Positions 22,601 through 30,612 of a DNA stretch of 64,000 bases are shown piece after piece. Each line of letters starts with the position of its first letter. The stretch's first letter is position 1. The notes below the pieces were generated by a model. It saw only the letters and a program-made list of their open reading frames with translations. It searched no databases and was not told the DNA's origin. The DNA is from a bacterium (GTDB lineage Bacteria; UBA8248; JACPRG01; G963555815). The DNA lies in assembly GCA_965218795.1 (NCBI GenBank), contig OZ244653.1, positions 2,848,001-2,912,000 of the forward strand, given 5' to 3'. The translations under genes were made by a program, and so were the position numbers.

Positions 22601-24096
22601 CGAGCGCCTCGGGGGCGGTGATCGCCGACGGGGTCGCGACGGGCGCCATCGAGAACTCCGATCCGTTGCAGAAGATGTGGCTGTCGCGCTTCGGGCGCAC
22701 GGTGGCGGGCCAGGTGGTGGACGCGGTGTCCGGACGCCTGTCAGGTCCGCCCCAGGGCTCGCGGGTGACGCTGGGCGGTCGGAGCATCGACCTGTCGGCC
22801 GGGACCGTCGACGCCCGGCGGGCGCTTGCCGGGGCCCCGGGCGCGGAAGACGTTGAGGCGCGGTCCGGCTCCCGGGCGGACCTGGACACGGCCGGCACCA
22901 CGTCGCGGACCCTGACCGGGCGCGAGCTGCTGCTCGGCAGCTCGTTCCACCTGACGGCCGGCGGCGGCGAGGACGGGGGACCGGGCTTCGCGGCCTGGGG
23001 CCGGGTGACGGTGGGCGGCTTTGACGCCAAGGCGCCGGCCGACAAGGGCAAGGTGCGCCTGGACGGCGAGGTGACGACCGGGATCCTGGGTGCCGACGCC
23101 CAATGGGAGCGCTGGCTCGCGGGCGTGGCGGTCTCGGTGAGCAGGGGCAAGGGTGCCTTCGACCAGCCGGACGTGGATTCGGGCAAGATCGAGAGCACGC
23201 TCACGAGCGTGAACCCCTACGTGCGGGTGACGCTGAGCGACCGGCTCTCGGCCTGGGGCCTGCTGGGCTACGGCACGGGCGACATGACGGTCCGGGGCAA
23301 CTCGTCCGTGCGCACCGACCTCTCGATGCGACTCGGCGCCGCGGGTGCGCGGGGCGCGGTGCTGGAGGCGGGCGAGACCGGCGGGATCGACCTGGGGCTT
23401 CGCGGCGACGCGTTCTGGGTGCGGATGGAGTCGGAGAAGGCGGCGAACACGGTGGCCACGAAGGCCGATGCGAGCCGGCTGCGGCTGGTGCTGGAGGCCG
23501 GGCGGGCGTTCGCGCTGGGCGAGGGCGCGGCGCTGACGCCGGGCCTGGAGGTGGGCCTGCGCCACGACGGCGGTGACGCGGAGACGGGGACCGGAATCGA
23601 GGTCGGCGGGCGGATCCGCTTCGCCGACGCGGGCTCGGGCCTGACGGTGGAGGCGAGCGTTCGCGCGCTCATCGCGCACGAGGACGGGTCTTACGAGGAG
23701 TGGGGCGCGGGCGGCTCGGTGCGGTTCGACCCCGGCGCCTCGGGGCGGGGCCTCTCGCTGACGCTGGCGCCGGTGTGGGGGACGCCGTCGAGCGGCGTGG
23801 AGCGTCTGTGGTCGGCGCGCGACGCGGCGGGGCTGGTGCGTGAGGAAGCGTTCGAGGCGGAGCGCCGTCTGGAGGCCGAGCTCGGCTACGGTCTGGGCGT
23901 GCCGCGCGGCCTCGGGCTGGTGACGCCCTATGCAGGGCTCTCGCTGGCCGACGGCGGCGGGCGGTCATGGCGCACGGGCGCGCGCTGGCTGGTGGCGCCG
24001 GACGTGACGTTCAGCCTCGAAGGCACGCGCAGCGAGCCGGCCAACGACGACGCGCCCGAGCACGGCTTGATGCTGCGCGGCACGATCCGCTGGTGA
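10630..24096 (+). CDS. Giant autotransporter-like adhesin (4488 aa): signal peptide, cadherin-like domain, 10 Ig-rich repeats, Calx-beta domains, C-terminal beta-barrel
   Basis: ASA-QT signal; TTNEDTAYTF/FKVSDG cadherin-like; GLPPGLDIDTGTGVIDGTP putative-Ig motif; DDxxDExxETF Calx-beta x3; amphipathic C-terminus ending in W. Start may be ATG 10681. Confidence 0.85.
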   Translation: MNTASADGRVARAPLLSMPRWVALVGLVFACSLTTLASAASAQTILVSNTGQSPNNTDGISQVGFVLDDSQHVYAQQFRTGRNPAGYTLSSVSFNVSDRSSDNSVAVAIYSDSNGIPDSEVYALNPTTVSTGLNTFTAPANSVLAAQTNYFVYIRAPVGRFASTGTLSPAEDSESAPDWSIGNVARSTSDNGANWGDPSAVIVRMRISGTVRAANTAPTALNSTVTTNEDTAYTFGVGDFNFSDTDAGDGLASVEITSLPSSGKGSLMLDGSAVTADQVVSRADIDADELVYTPPANANGDDYASFGFKVSDGTDESASAYTMTIDVTAVNDAATGEPAISGTARVGSELTAAKGTIADVDGLTSVSYSYQWIRVDGTDETNITGATSSTYTLVAADQGKKVKVRLGFADDGGTGEARTSAVYPDGATVLPPPAVLISGADDLKTGEDGTTTTFQVRLAAAPANEVTVTPSSSDTGEGTVSGALTFTTTNWNTTRTVTVTGVDDADVDGEQSFSITFRVESTDPGYAGISVPAVSVTNADDEPLALTLDAIAGDDTVNIAEKAAGFAISGATGSQGGVSVTVTVGTTELTATSTAAGAWSVDVPANAAYLTGTSVAVTVSASKTGYTAPSDVTRTLAVDLAAPSATYTAPSSLQVGVAVGAMTPSTADADIASYGATGLPPGLDIDTGTGVIDGTPDTADANTAAATVTVTDTAGNTATVDITFPAVAKGDQTLTGFAYSPATVTYGDTVPAVTAPGGVQTTLAYSATPATVCTVDPSTGALTLVEVGACNITATAAGAANYNEATAAFTVTVQAAGALALILDTIAGDDTVNIAEKAAGFAISGATGSQGGVSVTVTVGTTELTATSTAAGAWSVDAAANAAYLTGTSVAVTVSASKTGYTAPSDVTRTLAVDLAAPSATYTAPSSLQVGVAVGAMTPSTADADIASYGATGLPPGLDIDTGTGVIDGTPDTADANTAAATVTVTDTAGNTATVDITFPAVAKGDQTLTGFAYSPATVTYGDTVPAVTAPGGVQTTLAYSATPATVCTVDPSTGALTLVEVGACNITATAAGAANYNEATAAFTVTVQAAGALALTLDAIAGDDTVNIAEKAAGFAISGATGSQGGVSVTVTVGTTELTATSTAAGAWSVDAAANAAYLTGTSVAVTVSASKTGYTAPSDVTRTLAVDLAAPSATYTAPSSLQVGVAVGAMTPSTADADIASYGATGLPPGLDIDTGTGVIDGTPDTADANTAAATVTVTDTAGNTATVDITFPAVAKGDQTLTGFAYSPATVTYGDTVPAVTAPGGVQTTLAYSATPATVCTVDPSTGALTLVEVGACNITATAAGAANYNEATAAFTVTVQAAGALALTLDAIAGDDTVNIAEKAAGFAISGATGSQGGVSVTVTVGTTELTATSTAAGAWSVDAAANAAYLTGTSVAVTVSASKTGYTAPSDVTRTLAVDLAAPSATYTAPSSLQVGVAVGAMTPSTADADIASYGATDLPPGLGIDTGTGVIDGTPDTADANTAAATVTVTDTAGNTATVDITFPAVAKGDQTLTGFAYSPASVTHGDTAPTVTPPTGVQTTLSYSAAPEGVCTVDPSTGALTLAGVGECVITATAASSADYNQGTATYTVTVAAAGTLVLILDTIAGDDTVNIAEKAAGFAISGATGSQGGVSVTVTVGTTELTATSTAAGAWSVDVPANAAYLTGTSVAVTVSASKTGYTAPSDVTRTLAVDLAAPSATYTAPSSLQVGVAVGAMTPSTADADIASYGATGLPPGLDIDTGTGVIDGTPDTADANTAAATVTVTDTAGNTATVDITFPAVAKGDQTLTGFAYSPATVTYGDTVPAVTAPGGVQTTLAYSATPATVCTVDPSTGALTLVEVGACNITATAAGAANYNEATAAFTVTVQAAGALALILDTIAGDDTVNIAEKAAGFAISGATGSQGGVSVTVTVGTTELTATSTAAGAWSVDAAANAAYLTGTSVAVTVSASKTGYTAPSDVTRTLAVDLAAPSATYTAPSSLQVGVAVGAMTPSTADADIASYGATGLPPGLDIDTGTGVIDGTPDTADANTAAATVTVTDTAGNTATVDITFPAVAKGDQTLTGFAYSPATVTYGDTVPAVTAPGGVQTTLAYSATPATVCTVDPSTGALTLVEVGACNITATAAGAANYNEATAAFTVTVQAAGALALTLDAIAGDDTVNIAEKAAGFAISGATGSQGGVSVTVTVGTTELTATSTAAGAWSVDAAANAAYLTGTSVAVTVSASKTGYTAPSDVTRTLAVDLAAPSATYTAPSSLQVGVAVGAMTPSTADADIASYGATGLPPGLDIDTGTGVIDGTPDTADANTAAATVTVTDTAGNTATVDITFPAVAKGDQTLTGFAYSPATVTYGDTVPAVTAPGGVQTTLAYSATPATVCTVDPSTGALTLVEVGACNITATAAGAANYNEATAAFTVTVQAAGALALTLDAIAGDDTVNIAEKAAGFAISGATGSQGGVSVTVTVGTTELTATSTAAGAWSVDAAANAAYLTGTSVAVTVSASKTGYTAPSDVTRTLAVDLAAPSATYTAPSSLQVGVAVGAMTPSTADADIASYGATDLPPGLGIDTGTGVIDGTPDTADANTAAATVTVTDTAGNTATVDITFPAVAKGDQTLTGFAYSPASVTHGDTAPTVTPPTGVQTTLSYSAAPEGVCTVDPSTGALTLAGVGECVITATAASSADYNQGTATYTVTVAAAGTLVLILDTIAGDDTVNIAEKAAGFAISGATGSQGGVSVTVTVGTTELTATSTAAGAWSVDAAANAAYLTGTSVAVTVSASKTGYTAPSDVTRTLAVDLAAPSATYTAPSSLQVGVAVGAMTPSTADADIASYGATGLPPGLDIDTGTGVIDGTPDTADANTAAATVTVTDTAGNTATVDITFPAVAKGDQTLTGFAYSPATVTYGDTVPAVTAPGGVQTTLAYSATPATVCTVDPSTGALTLVEVGACNITATAAGAANYNEATAAFTVTVQAAGALALTLDAIAGDDTVNIAEKAAGFAISGATGSQGGVSVTVTVGTTELTATSTAAGAWSVDAPANAAYLTGTSVAVTVSASKTGYTAPSDVTRTLAVDLAAPSATYTAPSSLQVGVAVGAMTPSTADADIASYGATGLPPGLDIDTGTGVIDGTPDTADANTAAATVTVTDTAGNTATVDITFPAVAKGDQTLTGFAYSPASVTHGDTAPTVTPPTGVQTTLSYSAAPEGVCTVDPSTGALTLAGVGECVITATAASSADYNQGTATYTVTVPKLTLVSVWDAQAGEGEDMTFTVQLSKTTGTDVTADWTASIERGDTAAAADLGSTTRGTVTVAAGSRTGTFNVATADDATDEENETFTVRLSNLSSNSQIGDPGATGTIIDDDVSPFEPATIRSVTVVSGPVADGVWSTGERVVVEVRYDKPVVVEKSECWTYNADGTCRPSGPYMLVAFRSDARPGYGQSLSTPLAPYVGGSETDTLRFAYTVGAAEDGARGAWAADDGLLLWGATIRTLEGGDGASRYTNTRVMQVTVDRSGRAWTAGEKVRVKVRFSGPVPYTPPDEPENRDKVVVDDTGGTPTIDLLLGDREDREQPRRASYVSGSGKNTLVFEYEVTAGDGRVGAVEVVADTLASNGATVRNERGYDAELGHLGAVQYAQRAALSVAGAEAMEGEDATLNFVVKLDGVPGEEGVTFAYRTKDVTAEAGSDYTETRGTLTFARGEYEKTVEVPIRDDADEDGGETFKLLLSNVTGASVKNYEAVGTIRNDEARESNTDPEEAPLTASFEDVPAEHDGESAFTFRIAFSERIGWMNGRRLREDVVAVAGGRATSASRVDRRRDLWQVTVEPDSLADVTVTLAAGAACRTPAAVCTSDGRALSNTISTTVRGPVAVSVADARAREGADETIDFAVTLSRAASVTVAVAYATADGTATAGEDYTRSGGALSFDPGETAKTVSVPVLDDAVDEGEETFTLRLTSASGAVIADGVATGAIENSDPLQKMWLSRFGRTVAGQVVDAVSGRLSGPPQGSRVTLGGRSIDLSAGTVDARRALAGAPGAEDVEARSGSRADLDTAGTTSRTLTGRELLLGSSFHLTAGGGEDGGPGFAAWGRVTVGGFDAKAPADKGKVRLDGEVTTGILGADAQWERWLAGVAVSVSRGKGAFDQPDVDSGKIESTLTSVNPYVRVTLSDRLSAWGLLGYGTGDMTVRGNSSVRTDLSMRLGAAGARGAVLEAGETGGIDLGLRGDAFWVRMESEKAANTVATKADASRLRLVLEAGRAFALGEGAALTPGLEVGLRHDGGDAETGTGIEVGGRIRFADAGSGLTVEASVRALIAHEDGSYEEWGAGGSVRFDPGASGRGLSLTLAPVWGTPSSGVERLWSARDAAGLVREEAFEAERRLEAELGYGLGVPRGLGLVTPYAGLSLADGGGRSWRTGARWLVAPDVTFSLEGTRSEPANDDAPEHGLMLRGTIRW
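12259..20493 (+). repeat. Ten tandem 825-bp (275-aa) near-identical repeats inside the adhesin
   Basis: Unit starts 12259, 13084, 13909, 14734, 15559, 16384, 17209, 18034, 18859, 19684. Confidence 0.95.
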
Positions 24097-24340
24097 CGGC
24101 GGGGCGTTCCCTCCGCGCCCCGCGGGACCGGAGCGCCCGGCGTGCCGGCGTTCGCGGTGCTGGTGCGCGACGCGGGCGGCAGCCTCGCCGGACTCCGGCT
24201 CCTCTCTTCGCCCAAGCGATACAGCGCCCTGACCGATGCCGTGCACGGCCCGCGACAGGAACCGCGCGGGCTGACCACCGGATACAAAACGGTTTGCATC
24301 GCCCGGTCGCTTGACTTGAGTGGCCAGGGAGGGGGACGGG

Positions 24341-24377
24341 AACGCCCTGCGGCGTTTTTTCTCTCACCTGACGCAAA
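24341..24377 (-). other. Degenerate oriT-like sequence
   Basis: Minus strand TGCGTCAGGT-GAGAG-AAAAAA-CGCCG-CAG-GGCGT aligns with oriT TGCGTTAGGTGT-GAGAG-TAAAAG-CGCCG-ACC-GGCGT (35689-35724). Confidence 0.45.
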
Positions 24378-24729
24378 GTTCAGAGCACCTTGCCGACGAC
24401 GTCGACGTCCTGGGCGAAGCATGAGTACGGGGCGTCGTCCGGGTTGGCGGAGATCAGCCTGAGCCGGACCGGGTCCCGCCTGATCGCCTCCCTCTCGTCC
24501 CTGTTCCTCTCTGAACCCATCTTTTCCCTTCCACCTGCCGTAATCCCCGGTTTTTTGCCGCACCCCCGCGCATTCCATTGCGGACGTGCGCAGGAATGTC
24601 AACCGACTGTAGGCCATGCACTATCGATACCTGTGGGCAAGCACGCACCTTCCTCTTATGTTCCTTCCCATGACAACGCCCGGCGCCCACTCCGACCTGC
24701 CCCTGGACGAGCACCCGCGACGGCCCCTT

Positions 24730-25095
24730 CTACGAAGACCAGGTGCTCGGGCCATGACCGCGAAGGGGATCCTCGTCGTGGAGATCCCCGTCCTCGGCGT
24801 CGCGGAGCCAGGCGTAGCGGCCGGTCTTTGTCGCCCAGTCGAACCGGTCGCCGTTGTCTTCCGTGAGGTCGTACCCCCTGAAGGCGGACCAGTCCCCATG
24901 GCGGAACCCTTGCCGCAGGGCGCTCGCCAGGGCCGCCAGGACGGTCCAGATCGCCGCCCAGAACCAGACGCCTCCGAGGAGGCGGATGCCGGTCCCCGTG
25001 GCCACGGCAAAGACCGTGACGGCAAGGGCGAAGGCAAGCCCGCCCAGGACAAAGGGCCGGGCGCGCCAGCTACAAGAAGGATTGGGGTCGGCCAT
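24730..25095 (-). CDS. Small membrane protein (121 aa, two hydrophobic segments, acidic tail)
   Basis: GGAG RBS; divergent from traD. Confidence 0.5.
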   Translation of the reverse strand: MADPNPSCSWRARPFVLGGLAFALAVTVFAVATGTGIRLLGGVWFWAAIWTVLAALASALRQGFRHGDWSAFRGYDLTEDNGDRFDWATKTGRYAWLRDAEDGDLHDEDPLRGHGPSTWSS

Positions 25096-25262
25096 GGTTC
25101 GTTCCTCCGGGGTCGAGGTTCAAGGCGTCTCGGACGTGACCGGGCCTCTCCGGCCCAAGCGTCCCCTACCCGGACTGCGGCCCGCCCCGGCCTCTTGCCG
25201 GCTCATGGCAACGGAACGGTGCAGGAACCGCCGTTAGCCTTTGGAACAAGGAGGGATCCGCC

Positions 25263-27323
25263 ATGTTCGGCAACGCAACGCTCCGGGTCGGCCAGACCCT
25301 GGCCCACGACGTCCACATGTGGGGCCAGCTGGTCAGGTGGGGCATCCTGGGCATCGCGCTGATGGTCGTCCTGGTCCCTTCCGTTGCCCTGTTCCATACA
25401 ACCACCGCCCATGAATGGCGCCTCGTGGGAACGGGCACCCTCGCCCAGGCCAAGCTCGCCCTGGGGTATCAACGCCATTCCCTCCAGGCATACGAGTGGA
25501 GGGAAGGCAAAACGACACTCCTGAGGATCGTGGATATCGCCAACGACCCCAGGATCGATCGGATCCGCAGGCGTATGCTCCACACGATCTACTCAAAGGC
25601 CTGGCTCGGCCTGTGGATCGGAACGGGGGGCATGGCCCTGTGCGCGGCCCTGTTCCATGTCCGGGGAAGGCGCCTGGACCGGGCCAGACGGGTCCGGGGA
25701 GCGGAAATGGCCACGGCCCGGGACCTCAGAAGGCGCGTCCAGCCTTTTTCCATGCGTCTTATGGAGGCCCTGTCTCCCAAGGCGCGTAGATCCTCCCCCC
25801 GCATCGCCGGGATCCCCTGGCCAAAGAGAGCGGAGACCCAGCACACCATCGTTTCGGGCACCACAGGCTCGGGCAAGACCGTCCTGATCTCCGACCTCGT
25901 CGCCCGGATCCGCGCCCGGGGCGAGCGCTGCATCCTCTACGACAAGATGGGGAGCTATACCCGCTCCTTCTTCGATCCGGCCCGGGACGTGCTGATGAAC
26001 CCCCTCGATACCCGGGCCCCCTGCTGGTCTCCCTTCTACGAGGCCGGGACGCCCCGGGACTTCGACATGATGGCGGCCGCCCTCATCCCCCAGCAGAAGG
26101 ACACGGTGGACCCCTTCTGGGTCACGGCGGCCAGGCAGCTGTTCGCCAACGGCGCGGGCGGGCTCTGGAAGCAGGGGGAGACCCGGAACCGGGTCCTGGT
26201 CGACCATTTGCTCAAGACCGACCTGACATCCCTGGCAGAAGCCATGGAGGGCACGGTGGCCCAGTCCATCGTGGACCCCGAAAACCCCAAGACCGCCCTG
26301 TCGGTCCGGGCCATGCTCACCGCTCACCTGGGGGCCCTGGAGTTCCTGCCCGATACGGGCGAGCCCTTCTCGATCCGGGACTGGGTAGGAAGGGAGGACG
26401 GGACCGGGTTCCTGTTCCTGACTTCCAGGGGGGACCAGCACGCGAGCCTGCGGGGGCTCATCTCCACCTGGCTGGAGATCGCGGTGAACGCCCTTCTCTC
26501 CCTCCATCAGGACGACGCCAGAAGGGTCTGGGTGGTCCTGGACGAGCTGCCCACCCTCCACCAGGTGCCGAGCCTCCAGCCGGGCCTGGCCGAGTCCCGC
26601 CAGTTCGGAGGCTGCTTCGTCCTGGGGATCCAGGTGATCTCCGCCCTGCGGGACCTGTACGGGAAGAACGGGGCCGAGACCATCTCGGGGCTTTGCGGCA
26701 CCCGTGCGGTCCTGGCCGCTCCGGACCAGGAGACGGCCCGGTGGTCGGCGGAGAGCCTGGGGCGGGGCGAGGTGGAGGAATACTCCCACGGCCTGAGCTA
26801 CGGGGCCAGCGTCCTGCGGGACGGGGTCTCGCTGACCCAGCGGCGGGAGATGCGTTCTTTGGCCCTGCCGTCCGAGATCATGCGGCTCGAGAACCTGCAG
26901 GGGTACCTGAAGTTCCCGGGACCCTGGCCCGTGGCCCGGATCGGGCTGGACTACGTCCACAGGACCAAGGCGGCGGAGCGCTTCGTCCCCAGGGAGGATG
27001 GGGCGGACGTCGTGGAAATCCCGGGAAACGCATCGGAGGAGACGTCCGCGCCGCCCGAAGGGCTTGACGCAGCGGCAAGGGCCCAGGGCGTGCTCGATCT
27101 GGAACCCGAGGGTTTTGACCCGGCGGCGCGGGAGCGGGTCGAGACAACGGAATCCGGGCAGGCCTCGGCGACACCCCATGAAGGATCCGCGAGGCGGCCT
27201 AGCAAGGAATCCGAAAAGGGCGATACGGGTTCGGTCGATCCGGCCCCTTCACATCCGGAGAAGGGCGGGAACAGTACGAAGCCGCAACGGAAACCCCATC
27301 AGGGCCGCTTGAGGCGGATCTGA
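25263..27323 (+). CDS. traD: Type IV coupling protein (TraD/TrwB family)
   Basis: Two N-terminal TM segments; Walker A GTTGSGKT; LDELPTL; RQFGGCFVLGIQ. Confidence 0.93.
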   Translation: MFGNATLRVGQTLAHDVHMWGQLVRWGILGIALMVVLVPSVALFHTTTAHEWRLVGTGTLAQAKLALGYQRHSLQAYEWREGKTTLLRIVDIANDPRIDRIRRRMLHTIYSKAWLGLWIGTGGMALCAALFHVRGRRLDRARRVRGAEMATARDLRRRVQPFSMRLMEALSPKARRSSPRIAGIPWPKRAETQHTIVSGTTGSGKTVLISDLVARIRARGERCILYDKMGSYTRSFFDPARDVLMNPLDTRAPCWSPFYEAGTPRDFDMMAAALIPQQKDTVDPFWVTAARQLFANGAGGLWKQGETRNRVLVDHLLKTDLTSLAEAMEGTVAQSIVDPENPKTALSVRAMLTAHLGALEFLPDTGEPFSIRDWVGREDGTGFLFLTSRGDQHASLRGLISTWLEIAVNALLSLHQDDARRVWVVLDELPTLHQVPSLQPGLAESRQFGGCFVLGIQVISALRDLYGKNGAETISGLCGTRAVLAAPDQETARWSAESLGRGEVEEYSHGLSYGASVLRDGVSLTQRREMRSLALPSEIMRLENLQGYLKFPGPWPVARIGLDYVHRTKAAERFVPREDGADVVEIPGNASEETSAPPEGLDAAARAQGVLDLEPEGFDPAARERVETTESGQASATPHEGSARRPSKESEKGDTGSVDPAPSHPEKGGNSTKPQRKPHQGRLRRI

Positions 27324-27324
27324 C

Positions 27325-30183
27325 GTGGTCGTTTCCATCGGCGCGGTGGCCTCGGCCTCCCAGGGCGTCTTCTATTACGAAAAAGACGGCTACTACGCCA
27401 GGGACGACCCGGCCCACAGGGAGGCGAGTTCCTGGTCCGGCAAGGGCGAGGAGAAACTCGGCCTCGAAGGCCCGGTCGATCCGGACCTCTTCCGGAGCGT
27501 TCTCGAAGGCGAGGCGCCCGACGGCAGCGGCCGCAGGCTTGGACGCAGGGGGCCCGATGGGGTCCTGCACCACCGGCCCGGGCGGGACCTCACCTTCTCG
27601 GCCCCCAAGTCCGTCTCACTCGCGGCCCTGGTCGGCGGCGATGGACGGGTCATTGACGCCCACGACCTGGCCGTGGCGCGCACCCTCGCCTGGGTCGATG
27701 GAAATGTGGCCGAGACTCGCATGAAGGACCCCGAGACCGGAAAGATGGTGAAGAAGGGAGAGCAGAAGACGGTCGTGGCCACCTTCCGCCACGACACCTC
27801 CCGCAATCTGGATCCCCTGCTTCACACCCATTCGGTGATCGCCAACATGGTCCGGGGAGACGACGGCAAGTGGCGGACCATGTCCAACGAGAAGCTCTAC
27901 GCCTCCAAGATGCTGTTGGGCGCCCTGTACCGGAGCAAGTTGGCGCGGGATCTGGAAAAACTCGGCTACGGGATCGAGAAGACCCACGCGGACGGGCGGT
28001 TCGAGATCGCGGGCGTTCCCCGCGAGGTCATCGAGGCGTTCTCGACCCGGCGGGCGGAGATCGAGGCGGCCATGGCCGAGCGGGGCATTCCGGCGGAGAA
28101 TCAGCGCCTGGCCCAGCAAGCGGCGCTCATGACGCGGGCCCGCAAGCGCGACGTGGACAAGGCGGAGTTGCAAGGGATCTGGGAGAAGCAGGCCATTGCT
28201 CTCGGGTTCGACGCGAGGACCCTTGCGGCCGAAGCCATGGCCAGGGGCAAGGATGCAAGCCGGGAAGGCGCCCGTACAGCGGATGTTAGGCAAGCCCGGG
28301 AAGGTCTGGACTGGGCAATCGCCCATCTGTCCGAGCGCGAGGCGGTGTTCTCTCGCACGGACCTGCTCGCCGCAACCCTCGCCCGGGACCCCGGCGCGGT
28401 CTCCGTGGAGGCCGCCGAACGGGCCGTCGAGGACCTGACCCGGGAAGGCCGGCTCCATGCCGCTCCTGCCCTCGAAGGAGGAGACGGCATGACCACGGAC
28501 AAGGCCCTCGCGGACGAGCGCGAGACGATCGGGCTGATGCGGGACGGCCGGGACCGGGGCCGGGCTCCCATGCGGAGCTGGATGGTGAGCGCGCGGCTCC
28601 ACAAGGGGCCGCTCACGCAAGGCCAGAGGGAAGCTGTGAAACTGATCCTGTCCTCCAAGGACCGCGTGGTCGGCGTGCAGGGCTATGCAGGCACAGGCAA
28701 GACCACCATGCTGAACCGCGCCCGGGCCCTCCTTGAAAAGCGCGGATACGAGGTGAAAGGCCTCGCGCCCTCGGCCTCGGCGGTCAAGACCCTGGCGACC
28801 GAGGCGGGTATCGAGAGCGAGACCCTGCAACGCTTCCTCGCGCGCAACGCCGGAGTGGCCGAGGGACGGCTGACCAAGAAGGGCGAGAGGGAGATGCGAG
28901 CAGCTTACCGGAAGACGGTATTGGTGGTGGACGAGGGCTCCCTCGCCTCCACGGTCCAGGCCCGGGACCTCCTTCGAATCGCCAACTCCCTGCGGCTTCC
29001 GCGCGTGGTGCTTGTGGGAGATGCAAAACAGCTCGACGCGGTGGATGCGGGAAAGCCCTTCGCCCAGCTGCAGCAGGCCGGCATGAAGACCGCGACCATG
29101 GACGAGATCCTGCGCCAGCGCGATCCGGATCTCAAAGCCGCGGTCCAGGCGAGCCTAGCGGGCGACATGAGAAAAGCCTTCGAGAAGCTCGGCTCCAACG
29201 TGGCGGAGGTGAATCCCGACAACATCGCCGGCGCGGTGGCCGCGCGCTGGCTCAGGCTCTCACCGGAGGCGCGTGAGAACACCGGGGTGATGGCCCCGAG
29301 CCACGATCTCCGGCAGCGGATCAATGCCCATATCAGGGAGCGTCTCGCCCGGGAGGGTCGGATCCACGGGCCCGCGATGCAGAGCCAAAGGCTGGTGTCG
29401 CTGGGCTACACCCATGCCGAGAAGGCCCTCGCGGCCAACTACGGCCCGGGCGACGTGGTGGCTTTCCACCGTCCCTACAAGCGGCTCGGGGTCGAGAAGG
29501 GAAAGGAGCTGCGCGTCGCCGAAGTGGATCACGAGGCCCGAACAGTCAGGCTCGAAGGCAGGGACGGGCAACCGGTCCTCTGGGAGCCCGGTCGGCTCGC
29601 GGCTCGGAGCGGCGGGGTCGAGGTCTACAAGGTCGAAAGCATGGAGTTGCGGGCGGGCGACCGCATCCGCTGGACCCGGAACCACGCCGGTCTCGGACTG
29701 GTCAACAGACAGACCGCCGAGGTGACAAGCGTGAAGAACGGCCGTGTGACCTTCCGTCTGGAGGACGGGCGGGTGCTCGACATGAAGACGGGCGATCCCC
29801 AGCTGCGCCATCTCGACCACGCCTGGGCCTCGACCGTGCATGCGTTCCAGGGGCGGACGGTGGACAACGTCATCGCGGCCATGGAGGCGGGCCACCCGCA
29901 ACTGACCACCCAGAAGAGCTTCTACGTGGAAATCAGCCGGGCCAGGGACCGAGCGGAGCTCGTGACGGACGACGCCAGGGCCCTACGGGAGCAACTGGAA
30001 ACGGCGACCGGGGAGCGGATCGCGGCCCTGGAAGCTATCGAGTCGGACAAGGCGAAGACACCGGAAGCCGGATCGGAGTTGACCCACAGTCTTGACAGGG
30101 AGGATGCTGGGCGGGAGTCCAGAGGGCGGACGCTGGTGTCGGAGAAGGTCCGAGCGCCGCGCGGGATCGAGATGGGGTTGTAG
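27325..30183 (+). CDS. MOBF relaxase-helicase (TrwC/TraI family)
   Basis: YYEKDGYY, DLTFSAPKSVS, HDTSRNLDPLLHTH; helicase GYAGTGKTT, DEGS, HAFQGRT, ISRAR. Confidence 0.95.
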   Translation: MVVSIGAVASASQGVFYYEKDGYYARDDPAHREASSWSGKGEEKLGLEGPVDPDLFRSVLEGEAPDGSGRRLGRRGPDGVLHHRPGRDLTFSAPKSVSLAALVGGDGRVIDAHDLAVARTLAWVDGNVAETRMKDPETGKMVKKGEQKTVVATFRHDTSRNLDPLLHTHSVIANMVRGDDGKWRTMSNEKLYASKMLLGALYRSKLARDLEKLGYGIEKTHADGRFEIAGVPREVIEAFSTRRAEIEAAMAERGIPAENQRLAQQAALMTRARKRDVDKAELQGIWEKQAIALGFDARTLAAEAMARGKDASREGARTADVRQAREGLDWAIAHLSEREAVFSRTDLLAATLARDPGAVSVEAAERAVEDLTREGRLHAAPALEGGDGMTTDKALADERETIGLMRDGRDRGRAPMRSWMVSARLHKGPLTQGQREAVKLILSSKDRVVGVQGYAGTGKTTMLNRARALLEKRGYEVKGLAPSASAVKTLATEAGIESETLQRFLARNAGVAEGRLTKKGEREMRAAYRKTVLVVDEGSLASTVQARDLLRIANSLRLPRVVLVGDAKQLDAVDAGKPFAQLQQAGMKTATMDEILRQRDPDLKAAVQASLAGDMRKAFEKLGSNVAEVNPDNIAGAVAARWLRLSPEARENTGVMAPSHDLRQRINAHIRERLAREGRIHGPAMQSQRLVSLGYTHAEKALAANYGPGDVVAFHRPYKRLGVEKGKELRVAEVDHEARTVRLEGRDGQPVLWEPGRLAARSGGVEVYKVESMELRAGDRIRWTRNHAGLGLVNRQTAEVTSVKNGRVTFRLEDGRVLDMKTGDPQLRHLDHAWASTVHAFQGRTVDNVIAAMEAGHPQLTTQKSFYVEISRARDRAELVTDDARALREQLETATGERIAALEAIESDKAKTPEAGSELTHSLDREDAGRESRGRTLVSEKVRAPRGIEMGL

Positions 30184-30377
30184 AAAACCGCTTCCGAATC
30201 TTGTCGGACCGAAACATTTTTGCCTAACCGGATGTACAGAATGGGGAATGATCAAGCCATAAGGCGGTCGGATACAGCCGTAAGCATGTTTTTTTTCAGC
30301 CGTTAAACTCTCCGATCCTATTGATATTATTAGAAAATAGGACCTTTCCCCATCTTTAGGGTCATGTTGTTTGAGCG

Positions 30378-30455
30378 TGGAGTTGATCCTCTTTTGTGGA
30401 CACCCCGATACTGGACAGAGGAGGTGTTCCAATGGAAATAGCTCATGCACCTTCC
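30378..30455 (+). mobile_element. Orphan IS3 left end
   Basis: TGGAGTTGATCCTCTTTTGTGGACACC...GAGGAGGTGTTCCAATG resembles the left end at 9450. Confidence 0.6.
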
Positions 30456-30612
30456 ATGCCAAGCGCACGAGGCCAGGAAAGTCGCATAGAAGCCAGACCA
30501 ACATTGGGGGCAAGTCGGAGGGTCCTCAGTCTAACGTAGGGGTTGGTCTCGTTGGTGAGGGCTGGTCAAAAGCAGACCGGTCTCTAGCAAAAATGATCGT
30601 TGAAGGAGACGT

